From Firmicutes bacterium CAG:582 (GTDB lineage Bacteria; Bacillota_I; Bacilli_A; RF39; UBA660): a stretch of 64,000 bases of DNA. Each line of letters begins with the position of its first letter. Within the stretch, counting starts at the first letter, position 1. Of this stretch, positions 26,585 to 35,737 are shown piece after piece. The position numbers and the translations under genes were made by a program. The DNA is taken from the NCBI GenBank assembly GCA_000435515.1, contig FR884183.1, positions 1,980-65,979 of the forward strand, in the 5' to 3' direction. Under the pieces are notes generated by a model. It was not told the DNA's origin. It ran no database searches and worked only from the letters and a program-made list of their open reading frames with translations.

Positions 26585-27416
26585 AATTATAAAGAATAGA
26601 GAAATCGCGAAAAATGTATTTGAATTAGTAGTTGAAAATGAACTTATTGCTAGTCATTTTAAACCAGGACAATTTGTTGTTGTTATGCCAGATGAAACAT
26701 CAGAAAAAATACCATTAACAATATATAAAACTGAAGGTAGTTGTGTATCAATGATTTATCAAGTTGTAGGTAAAACAACATATGATCTATCAAAAAAGAA
26801 TGATTATATTTTTTCTATATTAGGTCCACTTGGAAAACCATCAATCATTTTAAATATGGAGGCTAAAAAAGTTTTATTTGTAGCAGGTGGAGTTGGAATT
26901 GCTCCAGTTATTCCTCAAGCTGTTGAACTAAAAAAACGTGGTGTTATATGTGATTTAATCTATGGAATGAAAACAATTGATAATTGCATATTAAAGGATG
27001 ATATAGATAAATACTTTGACGATGTTATAATCGTAACTGAGGATAACACAGCAGACCATATTGGACTTGTTACCGATTATGTTGATGATCTTTGTTATGA
27101 TTTTATAATAACTATTGGACCAGTAATAATGATGAAGAAAGTTGTAGAGCTAGCAGAGGAGTTAAAAGTCCCTTCAATAGTAAGTATGAATCCTATAATG
27201 ATTGATGGTACAGGAATGTGTGGGGCTTGTCGTTTATTTTATGACGGAATAATTCACTACGCGTGTATAGATGGCCCAGAATTTATTGGAGCAAAAGTTG
27301 ATTTTGATTCATTAATTAAAAGAATGGATATGTATAAAACGATTGAAGGAAGAAAGTATCTTGAAGAAATTGAAGGAGATACTCATCATGGAGGCTGTGG
27401 TAACTGTGAACAATAA
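26577..27416 (+). CDS. PyrK-like FAD/[2Fe-2S] oxidoreductase subunit (NfnA / sulfide dehydrogenase subunit-like)
   Basis: 279 aa. Ferredoxin-reductase fold (FVAGGVGIAP) and C-terminal cluster motif DGTGMCGACRL...C. Confidence 0.85.
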   Translation: MYRIIKNREIAKNVFELVVENELIASHFKPGQFVVVMPDETSEKIPLTIYKTEGSCVSMIYQVVGKTTYDLSKKNDYIFSILGPLGKPSIILNMEAKKVLFVAGGVGIAPVIPQAVELKKRGVICDLIYGMKTIDNCILKDDIDKYFDDVIIVTEDNTADHIGLVTDYVDDLCYDFIITIGPVIMMKKVVELAEELKVPSIVSMNPIMIDGTGMCGACRLFYDGIIHYACIDGPEFIGAKVDFDSLIKRMDMYKTIEGRKYLEEIEGDTHHGGCGNCEQ

Positions 27417-28656
27417 ATATGATTTTTCTGAAGTAAAAAAAGATATCAGTTGTGAAGAGGCAGTTTCTTTAAGCAATTATTGTTTGAATTGCAAAAATCC
27501 TATGTGTAAAAAAGGATGTCCTTTGGAAATTGATATTCCTGATTTTATATCGGCAATAAAAAATGAAGAATATGAGCGTGCTTATGAAATCATCAGTCAG
27601 AAAAGTGTAATGCCGGAGGTATGTGGACGCGTTTGCCCTCAAGAACTTACCTGTGAAGCCAAATGTGTTCGCGGTCTAAAAGGAGAAAGTGTTAAGATTG
27701 GTAATCTCGAAAGATTTGTAAGCAATTATAAAACTCCAATTAAAGTAAAAAAAAGCAATGGTTTAAAAGTGGCGGTTGTGGGTTCTGGTCCATTTGGTTT
27801 AAGTTCAGCATATCATTTAAAAAAAGAAGGATTTGATGTAACTGTTTTTGAATCAAGCCATGTATTAGGTGGAGTTTTAATCTATGGAATTCCAGAATTT
27901 CGTCTACCTAAAAAAATAGTTGATGATGTAATTTATAAACTTGAGAATATGGGTGTTATATTTAAAACGGATGTTTTGATTGGAGCAACAATTACAATTG
28001 AAGAATTAAAAAAGAATTTTGATTATATATTTTTAGGAACAGGTGCTGGTGTACCTAAAATGTTTGATATACCTGGTGTTATGTCTAAAAATGTTTTGAG
28101 TGCGAATGAACTTTTAACAAGAATAAATGTAATGCATGCTCCAAATTCTGATACTCCATTAATAATTCCTAGAAAAGTTGTTGTTATTGGAGGAGGAAAT
28201 GTAGCATGTGATGCTGCTAGATCTTTGGTTCGCCTTGGAAGTGATGTAACAATTTGTTATCGAAAAAGTGAAGAATTCTTAAAGATGCGTAAAGAGGAAT
28301 ATGAGCATGCTAAAATGGAACACGTGAACTTTATCTTTAATGCAGAACCGGTAAGAATTGAAACTGATAAGGCTTTTACAGTTAACAAATGCGTATTTAA
28401 AATAGCTAAAAAACATGAAAAAATTGAATGTGATATGGTAATTATCGCGATTGGAACGACTCATAATGATTTGATTCCTCGTTTAAATGGTATTAAATCG
28501 GATGAGTTTTATAAAATAGAAGCAAATGATTATGTTACTAGTGATAGTCGTGTATTTGCTGGTGGAGATGCAACAAGAGGTAATGCAACAGTAATTGATG
28601 CTTTAAGTGATGGCTTAAAAGCGGTAGAAAAATTAATGCAAATAATAAAAAAATAG
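27388..28656 (+). CDS. NADPH-dependent glutamate synthase small-subunit-like oxidoreductase (NfnB/GltD family)
   Basis: Two Fe-S Cys clusters (CLNCKNPMCKKGCP, CGRVCPQELTCEAKC). Dinucleotide folds VAVVGSGPFGLSSA and VVVIGGGNVACDAA. C-terminal VFAGGDA. ATG 27388 is preferred over track start 27343; it overlaps the upstream gene by 29 nt. Confidence 0.88.
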   Translation: MEAVVTVNNKYDFSEVKKDISCEEAVSLSNYCLNCKNPMCKKGCPLEIDIPDFISAIKNEEYERAYEIISQKSVMPEVCGRVCPQELTCEAKCVRGLKGESVKIGNLERFVSNYKTPIKVKKSNGLKVAVVGSGPFGLSSAYHLKKEGFDVTVFESSHVLGGVLIYGIPEFRLPKKIVDDVIYKLENMGVIFKTDVLIGATITIEELKKNFDYIFLGTGAGVPKMFDIPGVMSKNVLSANELLTRINVMHAPNSDTPLIIPRKVVVIGGGNVACDAARSLVRLGSDVTICYRKSEEFLKMRKEEYEHAKMEHVNFIFNAEPVRIETDKAFTVNKCVFKIAKKHEKIECDMVIIAIGTTHNDLIPRLNGIKSDEFYKIEANDYVTSDSRVFAGGDATRGNATVIDALSDGLKAVEKLMQIIKK

Positions 28657-28672
28657 ATTTGGAAGTGAGAGT

Positions 28673-29254
28673 ATGAATAAGAAAAGTATTTTAGTAGTTA
28701 TAGCTATTCTTTTATTTATTATTATCTGTGGTTATTTAACTGGAAAAAATGATTCAGCAACAGATGAATATTTAAGTGGGAAATATAATATAGAAATAAA
28801 GATTAAAGATTATGGAACGATAGATGCAACACTTGATGCAGATGTGGCTCCAATAACCGTTACAAACTTTGTTGATTTAGTTAAGAGTGGATATTATACT
28901 GGCTTGAAATTTCATCGCATAATAGATGGCTTTATGATGCAAGGTGGAGCAGGAAATTCAAGAAATACGATAAAAGGTGAATTTTCAAGTAATGGCATTA
29001 CAAACAATATAAGCCATGTACGTGGAACAATATCCATGGCTCGTAGCAGTGATCCTGATTCGGCATCAACTCAATTTTTTATAGTGCAAAGTGATTCAAC
29101 TTATTTAGATGGTAATTATGCAGCATTTGGTACTGTTACAAATGGTATGGATGTAGTTGATAAGGTTTGTAAAAATGTTGATGTTGAAGATAATAATGGA
29201 ACAGTTGCTTTAGAAAATCAACCAGTAATTGAATATATAAAAGTGATTGAGTAG
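28673..29254 (+). CDS. peptidyl-prolyl cis-trans isomerase, cyclophilin type, membrane- or lipid-anchored
   Basis: N-terminal hydrophobic segment ending IIICG (lipobox-like). Cyclophilin blocks FHRIIDGFMMQGG, GTISMARS..PDSASTQFFI, AAFGTV..GMDVVDKV. Confidence 0.9.
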   Translation: MNKKSILVVIAILLFIIICGYLTGKNDSATDEYLSGKYNIEIKIKDYGTIDATLDADVAPITVTNFVDLVKSGYYTGLKFHRIIDGFMMQGGAGNSRNTIKGEFSSNGITNNISHVRGTISMARSSDPDSASTQFFIVQSDSTYLDGNYAAFGTVTNGMDVVDKVCKNVDVEDNNGTVALENQPVIEYIKVIE

Positions 29255-29261
29255 GTGAGTT

Positions 29262-31106
29262 ATGAAAAAAATCAAAAATGTTGAATTGATCAATTATTTA
29301 ATTATGTTTATATCATTTTTCTCAATTTGTATATTTACAAACATTTTTACTCGCGATTTAATAAATTTGGATAGTTATTACTTCAATGGTTTTCATTACC
29401 ACATTCTTTGGGCTTTATTTTCCTTATCTTGGGTAGTTATATTTTTACTCATCTTATATCTTGTTCCTAAAAAGTATCGTTATAACGTGTATATTATCTT
29501 AAATATTGTCGTTGATGTTATATTCTTTGCTCAAATATGTTATGTGCAATCTTTAGGAAAATTTATGATTTTTTCTGATCTTTTTGTTGCCGGAGAGGGA
29601 TTGCAATATGTACACTCAATATTTGCAAACATGAGCGTTGGTATGCTTTTAACAATTGCCTTTACATTTATATGTATGATTGTCATTAAAGTATTAAGCA
29701 AATATGATGAAGATGTCCAAACAAAGCCTAAATTTGTTGTTGTTCTGGTTTTGATTGTTGTAAGTTTATTTTTTAAAACAACTGGTTATATATTACTTGG
29801 AAGCAATAAAAACGTTAGAACTTGGGAAGAAAATTACAATGCTAAAAGTATATACTTTAATTATACTAATCCAAATGCATCAATGTATATAAGTGGATTT
29901 TATGAATATAATGCTCGTGCTATATATAAATATTTTTATAATCTACTAACTCTTGATAAAAGCGCACTTAAGAGTAAAATTGATGAATATAATAATATTT
30001 ATGGAGTAGAGACTAAGAATAACGATTATACGGGAATATTTAAAGGTAAAAATGTTATTTATATAATGATGGAAAGCGTTGATAATTGGGTAATTGATGA
30101 AGAAACTGCCCCAACTTTATATAAACTTAGTCAAACTGGTTTAAATTTTACAAATAGATATTCACCATTTTTTAACGGTGGTCAAACAATTAATTCCGAG
30201 TTTGCTTGTAATACTGGAATGTATGCTATAAGTGATAAAGAGACTATATATGATAAGGATGATGTTACTTATCCTTATAGTATGGCTAATATGTTAAAGA
30301 AAAATGGATATAGAGTAGCAAGTTTTCATGCAAATACTAAAACATTTTATAATCGCGGAAAATTTCATAAACGTTTAGGGTATGATATGCATTATTCGGC
30401 TTATGATCTTCAAACTTCAGGTTTGCTTGATAAGAACAAGAATTATTTCAGTGATTATAATTTTATAAGTGATGATAACTTATATGATCTTATGATAAGT
30501 GATAAACCATTTTTTACATTCTTTACAACATATTCTGGACACTTAGAATACAATACTAATAATAAGGTATATAAATCTATAAAGAAAACTTTATCTAAAA
30601 AGAAATATGGTGAAGAAGAATATGTCTATAGAACATTGGTACATGATACAGATGATGCAATCAAAACTCTAATTGAAAAGTTAGAAAAAAGTAAGCTTTT
30701 GGATAAAACTGTTTTAGTATTAGTAAGTGATCATTATGTTTATGGTTATTCTGATACTGATTATGTTGCTATGAAAAAAAATAAATTAAATGATCGTAAA
30801 GAACTTCAAAATACTCCTTTTATTATTTGGTCAAAAGATATTGAGGCTAAAACGATTGATACAATACTTGATACAGCTGATATTTTACCAACACTTCTTA
30901 ATATGTTGAATATAACATATGATCCTAAAAATTATCTTGGTGATGATGTGTTCTCAACAAGTCATGATGATTTTGTGTGGTTTTCAGATGGAACATTTAT
31001 AAAAAGTTCTGATTGTGATTTAAGTGATGAATCAATTTTGACTAAAGTTAATTATAATATAAATAAAAATAGAGATATTTTGTTAACAAATTATTATGGA
31101 AAGTAG
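29262..31106 (+). CDS. LTA synthase family protein (LtaS-type sulfatase/phosphoglycerol transferase)
   Basis: Five N-terminal TM segments plus an extracellular sulfatase-fold domain (IYIMMESVDNW, FHANT, LVSDH). Confidence 0.85.
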   Translation: MKKIKNVELINYLIMFISFFSICIFTNIFTRDLINLDSYYFNGFHYHILWALFSLSWVVIFLLILYLVPKKYRYNVYIILNIVVDVIFFAQICYVQSLGKFMIFSDLFVAGEGLQYVHSIFANMSVGMLLTIAFTFICMIVIKVLSKYDEDVQTKPKFVVVLVLIVVSLFFKTTGYILLGSNKNVRTWEENYNAKSIYFNYTNPNASMYISGFYEYNARAIYKYFYNLLTLDKSALKSKIDEYNNIYGVETKNNDYTGIFKGKNVIYIMMESVDNWVIDEETAPTLYKLSQTGLNFTNRYSPFFNGGQTINSEFACNTGMYAISDKETIYDKDDVTYPYSMANMLKKNGYRVASFHANTKTFYNRGKFHKRLGYDMHYSAYDLQTSGLLDKNKNYFSDYNFISDDNLYDLMISDKPFFTFFTTYSGHLEYNTNNKVYKSIKKTLSKKKYGEEEYVYRTLVHDTDDAIKTLIEKLEKSKLLDKTVLVLVSDHYVYGYSDTDYVAMKKNKLNDRKELQNTPFIIWSKDIEAKTIDTILDTADILPTLLNMLNITYDPKNYLGDDVFSTSHDDFVWFSDGTFIKSSDCDLSDESILTKVNYNINKNRDILLTNYYGK

Positions 31107-31113
31107 GAAAAAT

Positions 31114-31716
31114 ATGAAAAATACGAAAGAAATTATTTTGTTTTATGAAAAGGTACCTGATTTTAACTTAACTGATATAGCAAAAGAAATATTGGATAGA
31201 TATGAATACTTAGGAGAACCGACTATCATTCCTAGAAATGAAAATAATACTTTTTTAGTTGTGTTTAATAAAAATTCAGAATTTCAAATTGAAATCAATG
31301 ATAAAAATGTTTTAATAGTTATGAAACATAGTTATTTTAATGATCTTAATTCGATTGTTTTTGATGTAGTTGATACTTTTGAAATGTTTGATACTAAATT
31401 TTCTAGAATTGGTTATATTTCTTCAAATTTTGAATCCCCATTAAAAATAGAAAAAGCAAAAGAAAAATATTTAAATGTTGAAGAATTTAAAGATGTTTTA
31501 GAACTTAATTTAAGTTGGTATAGAAAAATAAATTTTAGATCTTCATATATTAATTGCTGGGAAAGAGTAATTACCGATACAGTTAATTTTAAAGATTTGT
31601 TATTACAATATGATATAAATACATTAGTAGGTGAAAAAGTAGATATTGATATGAAATTTATTAAAGATTTTTTCAAAACATCAGACGATTATATAGAAAA
31701 GAGAATAGACTTTTAA
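31114..31716 (+). CDS. hypothetical protein
   Basis: ATG 31114 follows an AGGAAA RBS (track start 31096 overlaps the end of ltaS). No recognisable motif. Confidence 0.5.
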   Translation: MKNTKEIILFYEKVPDFNLTDIAKEILDRYEYLGEPTIIPRNENNTFLVVFNKNSEFQIEINDKNVLIVMKHSYFNDLNSIVFDVVDTFEMFDTKFSRIGYISSNFESPLKIEKAKEKYLNVEEFKDVLELNLSWYRKINFRSSYINCWERVITDTVNFKDLLLQYDINTLVGEKVDIDMKFIKDFFKTSDDYIEKRIDF

Positions 31717-32156
31717 TGATTAAAAAGGCTTTATCAATTACTATAGTTATTGTGTGGTGTACTTTAATATTTGGTTATTCAAATCAAAATGGAGATATTT
31801 CTAAAGGTACTTCGGATAAAGTTGTTAACTATATTGGGAACATTTTTAAAATAAAAGAAGAAAGCCGTGAAAAATTAACATTTCCAGTTAGAAAATGTGC
31901 TCACTTTTTTGTCTACTTTGTACTAGGATTTTTAATTATTAATATGTTTAAAACTTTTGATGTTAAAACCTCTCATGCAATTATTATTTCTGCTATTTTT
32001 TGTATGCTTTTTGCTGGAAGTGATGAATTACATCAATTATTTATTAGGGCAAGAACTGCTAAGGTAAGTGATGTGTTGCTTGATTCAAGTGCATCTTTAT
32101 TGGGAATATATTTATATTATTTATTGATTAGAGGCAAATATGAAAAAAACATATAA
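31716..32156 (+). CDS. VanZ-family membrane protein
   Basis: 4 TM segments and the VanZ signature AGSDELHQLFI..R.....DVLLDS.ASLLG. Confidence 0.7.
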   Translation: MIKKALSITIVIVWCTLIFGYSNQNGDISKGTSDKVVNYIGNIFKIKEESREKLTFPVRKCAHFFVYFVLGFLIINMFKTFDVKTSHAIIISAIFCMLFAGSDELHQLFIRARTAKVSDVLLDSSASLLGIYLYYLLIRGKYEKNI

Positions 32157-32682
32157 TTTCTTACTTGCAGTTATATTTAGTTTCACAATTATTATTGCTT
32201 CTTTTTCTTTAACTGTAATGTCCAAAAGATTGCAATTAAAAACTATTAATAAAAGTGAAGTGATAGATAAAATATATGAGGAAACAAATGTGGATAAAGA
32301 TATTGTAAGAAAAGATTTAAAAGATTATGTAAATTCAAAATATAAAATGGTTACTTATGAAAACAAAAAGTATGAGAATAATATTAATTTCTTTTTAGTA
32401 AATGGTTATAAAAGTATAATTTATGTGGTTACAATAATTTTTATAATTATTACAGGTTATTTATTTAATAAAACGAAAAATGGTCATAACATTTATACGA
32501 TACTTTTGATAACATCATTTATTTTAATAAGCTTTTATGGAGCTATTTATATAACAGTTGATACAAATATTATCTTTAATTATCTTTTAAATATTTATTT
32601 ACATTTTATATTACTTATAGCAGATATATTTTTTATTTTAGGAGTTGTTAATAAAGTCAAAAACGCCTCAACTAACTGCTGA
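32140..32682 (+). CDS. hypothetical membrane protein
   Basis: 180 aa with one N-terminal and three C-terminal hydrophobic helices. Overlaps the vanZ-like gene by 17 nt. Confidence 0.5.
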   Translation: MKKTYNFLLAVIFSFTIIIASFSLTVMSKRLQLKTINKSEVIDKIYEETNVDKDIVRKDLKDYVNSKYKMVTYENKKYENNINFFLVNGYKSIIYVVTIIFIIITGYLFNKTKNGHNIYTILLITSFILISFYGAIYITVDTNIIFNYLLNIYLHFILLIADIFFILGVVNKVKNASTNC

Positions 32683-32701
32683 GGAATAAAATAAGTCCAT
32701 T

Positions 32702-32965
32702 ATGGGAAAATATAATTGTGGTGATTATATGACTGGAATGGACGAAAATTATGTTTACTATTTAGTTAGTAGAAATTTAAAAAGAATTAGAAAAGAAAAA
32801 GGATTAACTCAAGAAAAACTTGCTGAATTAAGCAATTATTCGGTAGGATTTATCATGAATATTGAAAGTGAAAAATATTATCAAACCTTTTCTTTAGGAA
32901 CTTTATGGCAATTTGGAAAAGCTCTAAATGTAGATATAAGAGAGTTCTTTAGACCACTAGATTAG
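32702..32965 (+). CDS. XRE-family helix-turn-helix transcriptional regulator
   Basis: HTH block LKRIRKEKGLTQEKLAELSNYSVGFIMNIE. ATG 32729 is an alternative start. Confidence 0.8.
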   Translation: MGKYNCGDYMTGMDENYVYYLVSRNLKRIRKEKGLTQEKLAELSNYSVGFIMNIESEKYYQTFSLGTLWQFGKALNVDIREFFRPLD

Positions 32966-32976
32966 TCTAGTGGTTT
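32953..32976. terminator. hairpin between the convergent XRE gene and sigK (bidirectional terminator)
   Basis: Stem ccactaga / tctagtgg (32953-32960 / 32965-32972) followed by TTTT. Confidence 0.6.
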
Positions 32977-33668
32977 TATAGTTCAATATTTTTCTTTTTA
33001 CATTCACGATATATTTTAGAAATAGCTCTTTTTTCTATCCTAGAAACGTATGATCTTGAAATATGCATTTGATCAGCAATTTCTTTTTGAGTTAATTCAT
33101 CAAAATCGAATAGACCATATCTTTTGATTATAATATCTTTTTCACGTGGAGTTAAAATACCTAAGTATAAGTCAATATTATTTATATTGTCATTGCGGTG
33201 AAGAGCTTCGGCTATATCTTCATCATCTGATTTTATGACATCCATTAAACTTATTTCATTTCCTTCAGAATCGTGCCCAATCGCATCATTTAGAGAAACA
33301 TTATTTAAGTTTTTTTTATTGCTTCTAAAATACATTAGAATTTCGTTTTCGATACAGCGTGCTACATAAGTAGTAAGCTTATTTTTTTTATCTGGTTTAA
33401 ATGAGTCAATACCTTTTATTAAACCAATTGTTCCTATACTAATTAAATCATCATTTATTTTTTCTATTCTTTCAAACTTCTTTACAATATGGGCGACAAG
33501 TCTTAAATTATGTTCAATTAGTTTAGCTCTTGCATCTTTATCACCATTGATCATTTTGTCGATTAGTTTTCTTTCTTCTTCTTTTGATAATGGGTTAGGA
33601 AAAACATTTATAGAATAAGACCCTGTTGAAAAGGATAAAAGATTTAATAAATGAATTAAAAATAACAT
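32976..33668 (-). CDS. sigK: sporulation sigma factor SigK (pro-sigma-K), uninterrupted
   Basis: FPNPLSKEEERKLIDKM..GDKDARAKLIEHNLRLVAHIVKKFE...DLISIGTIGLIKGIDSF.....KLTTYVARCIENEILMYFR closely matches B. subtilis SigK (FPQPLSSSEE..., IEHNLRLVAHIVKKFE). Has a hydrophobic N-terminal pro-sequence of about 20 aa. Confidence 0.88.
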   Translation of the reverse strand: MLFLIHLLNLLSFSTGSYSINVFPNPLSKEEERKLIDKMINGDKDARAKLIEHNLRLVAHIVKKFERIEKINDDLISIGTIGLIKGIDSFKPDKKNKLTTYVARCIENEILMYFRSNKKNLNNVSLNDAIGHDSEGNEISLMDVIKSDDEDIAEALHRNDNINNIDLYLGILTPREKDIIIKRYGLFDFDELTQKEIADQMHISRSYVSRIEKRAISKIYRECKKKNIEL

Positions 33669-33776
33669 AATATCACCTAATAAATTTAATGATAATTTGT
33701 CAAATAATATGAATATAAAATGTAAATAACTTGATAAATGAAAGACAATAAATTATAATTTAAATAGGTGATTTGT

Positions 33777-35147
33777 ATGAAAAAAAATAGCATACTACTA
33801 ATAATGTTTATATCTTTATTTTTTATTTTTGATAGAAATGTATTTGCAGAGGAAAAGTATAGTTGCTCTTATAATGTTCAATATGCTGATGGTGGTTATT
33901 TTAATATTAAAGCAATTGCAAATAAAGATGGATCTTATGATGTACAATATCAAACTGATTCTAAAACATGGCAATCAACAAGTAGTTATAAACTTGGAGG
34001 TGTAATGTATTATAAAAGGGGAGACACATACGTTTCTGAAGGAACTATGATGTTTACTCTTAGTAATTTATCTAGTAAAAATTTTGAAAAAGCAATTACA
34101 AGTTCTAAACTGACTACGGATTGTCCTGTTATAAATGTTCAATTTGATAATTCATCTATGTATTATTTTTTCTTTGCTGATTCTAGTAATGATATTTATT
34201 TATATAACATAGAGGGTAAACTTGAAGGTAAAAAGGGTAATTCTGCATCAGAAATTAAAGTGACAAAGACTTGTCCATTTACAATTTCTACAAAAAAAGT
34301 TTCGGGGATGAAAAATTTTACTGTTTATTCAAGTTTTAGAATGAAGTCAGATGGAAGCAAACTAATTTGTGCTTCAGCAACGTCAGCTAATCTGGATTCT
34401 TCATGTACTCCATATACTACAGGAGATTATGCAACAAATATAAGCTTTAATGGAGATGTATATAGTCTTAAAATTACAAGTGGCGATTTAAACACAATTT
34501 TTTCTCAAACGGATGCACAAAAAAGTAAAAATGAATTTACTTGCCCATCATCAATGTATTTTGTTTATACATCAGTTACTGATAGCACTTTGCTTTTAAC
34601 TCCTGATAAAAGTGTTGCAGAATCCTATGACAAAAATGTTGCAGGAAATGCTTCAGCTGAGGCTGAAGAAACTAAGACTGAATCAACAAAAAAAACGGAA
34701 GAGGGGGATTATTATACTGGATGTCCTTTAGGAGCAGATGTAACTAAAGACATATATGGTCTTTTAAAAATACTAAAGATAGCTGCTCCTTTACTAGTAG
34801 TTGGACTTACAATAGTTGAATTTGTAAAAGCAATTGCTAGAAGCGAAATTGATGGTGAAGCTAAAAAACTTGGAATGAGACTTGTAAAAAGATTAATAAT
34901 AGCTGTTATATTATTCTTCTTACCAGTACTTGTCAATCAAATAATGATTATGGCAAATATTTGGGATGAAAATGGAACATGTGATTTTAGCAAATCAGCT
35001 GATCAAGTTGATTCATCAAAATCGGAGGGAGTAGTTACTAATATAACAACCACTACAACAACTACTACAACACGTTCTGTGTATATTGATCCAGGTCATA
35101 CATCTCCTAGTGGAGCTGAGCATGGTGGAGGAGGCTCAAGAAGATAA
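33777..35147 (+). CDS. secreted Cys-rich protein with a C-terminal double-TM hairpin, Thr-run and Gly-rich tail (function unknown)
   Basis: Signal peptide ending NVFA-EE. Eight spaced Cys residues. Hairpin LKILKIAAPLLVVGLTIVEFV ... RLIIAVILFFLPVLVNQIM. T8 run and a GGGGSRR end. ATG 33777 has an AGGTGA RBS. Confidence 0.6.
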   Translation: MKKNSILLIMFISLFFIFDRNVFAEEKYSCSYNVQYADGGYFNIKAIANKDGSYDVQYQTDSKTWQSTSSYKLGGVMYYKRGDTYVSEGTMMFTLSNLSSKNFEKAITSSKLTTDCPVINVQFDNSSMYYFFFADSSNDIYLYNIEGKLEGKKGNSASEIKVTKTCPFTISTKKVSGMKNFTVYSSFRMKSDGSKLICASATSANLDSSCTPYTTGDYATNISFNGDVYSLKITSGDLNTIFSQTDAQKSKNEFTCPSSMYFVYTSVTDSTLLLTPDKSVAESYDKNVAGNASAEAEETKTESTKKTEEGDYYTGCPLGADVTKDIYGLLKILKIAAPLLVVGLTIVEFVKAIARSEIDGEAKKLGMRLVKRLIIAVILFFLPVLVNQIMIMANIWDENGTCDFSKSADQVDSSKSEGVVTNITTTTTTTTTRSVYIDPGHTSPSGAEHGGGGSRR

Positions 35148-35171
35148 TAGTTTAAACTATTATTTTTTTTT
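35144..35171 (+). terminator. rho-independent terminator
   Basis: Palindrome ataatag-tttaaa-ctattat (35144-35163) followed by a T8 run. Confidence 0.65.
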
Positions 35172-35203
35172 GATGTATATTATGCTAAAATATAGAGTAT
35201 GAG

Positions 35204-35737
35204 GTGGATGAAGTGATAGATAAGTTTGTTCCTGATAAATATTTTAAAAGTATATATGATATAAATTATAAGTTGTTAAAAACGTCTGGTGTTAAATGCT
35301 TAGTTTTTGATATTGCTAACACATTGATGCCTGAATCTTCTACTAAGCCAAACAAAAAAGTAAAAGATTTATTCGAAGATCTTAAAGATATGGGTTTTAA
35401 AATTATACTTATAAGTAATAATTTTAAAAAGAATGTTGAATCATTTAAAGAAGAATTGTGTGTGGATTCAGCTTATCTTTCATTTAAACCATTTAAATTT
35501 AAATACAAAAAAATTACTAAGTTATTTGATTTTAAAGATACAGAAATTGCTTGCATAGGTGATCAACTTCTTTATGACATTTTAGGAGCGAATAGGATGA
35601 ATTTTACATCAATACTTGTAAATCCTATAAGTGTTGATGAATATGCTGTTTCTAAATTAAATAGAAAATTAGAAAATGTTATTATTAAAAAAATAACAAA
35701 AAAAGATTTGTTTAAAAAAGGAAGGTATTATGAATAA
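35204..35737 (+). CDS. yqeG: YqeG-family HAD-IIIA phosphatase-like protein
   Basis: Collinear with B. subtilis YqeG (FVPDKYFKSIYDI...GVKCLVFDIANTL, ILISNN, IGDQLLYDILGANRMNFTSILVNPI). Lies upstream of yqeH as in Bacillus. The start is GTG 35204 or GTG 35213. Confidence 0.8.
   Translation: MDEVIDKFVPDKYFKSIYDINYKLLKTSGVKCLVFDIANTLMPESSTKPNKKVKDLFEDLKDMGFKIILISNNFKKNVESFKEELCVDSAYLSFKPFKFKYKKITKLFDFKDTEIACIGDQLLYDILGANRMNFTSILVNPISVDEYAVSKLNRKLENVIIKKITKKDLFKKGRYYE

Noticed and set aside
35044-35073. Short tandem-repeat-like DNA (acaaccactacaacaactactacaaca). A similar run occurs at 49011-49035.
   Set aside because: These are in-frame Thr-codon runs encoding poly-Thr linkers in secreted or membrane-anchored proteins. 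They are not CRISPR or VNTR arrays, and no spacer-repeat periodicity is seen anywhere in the window.
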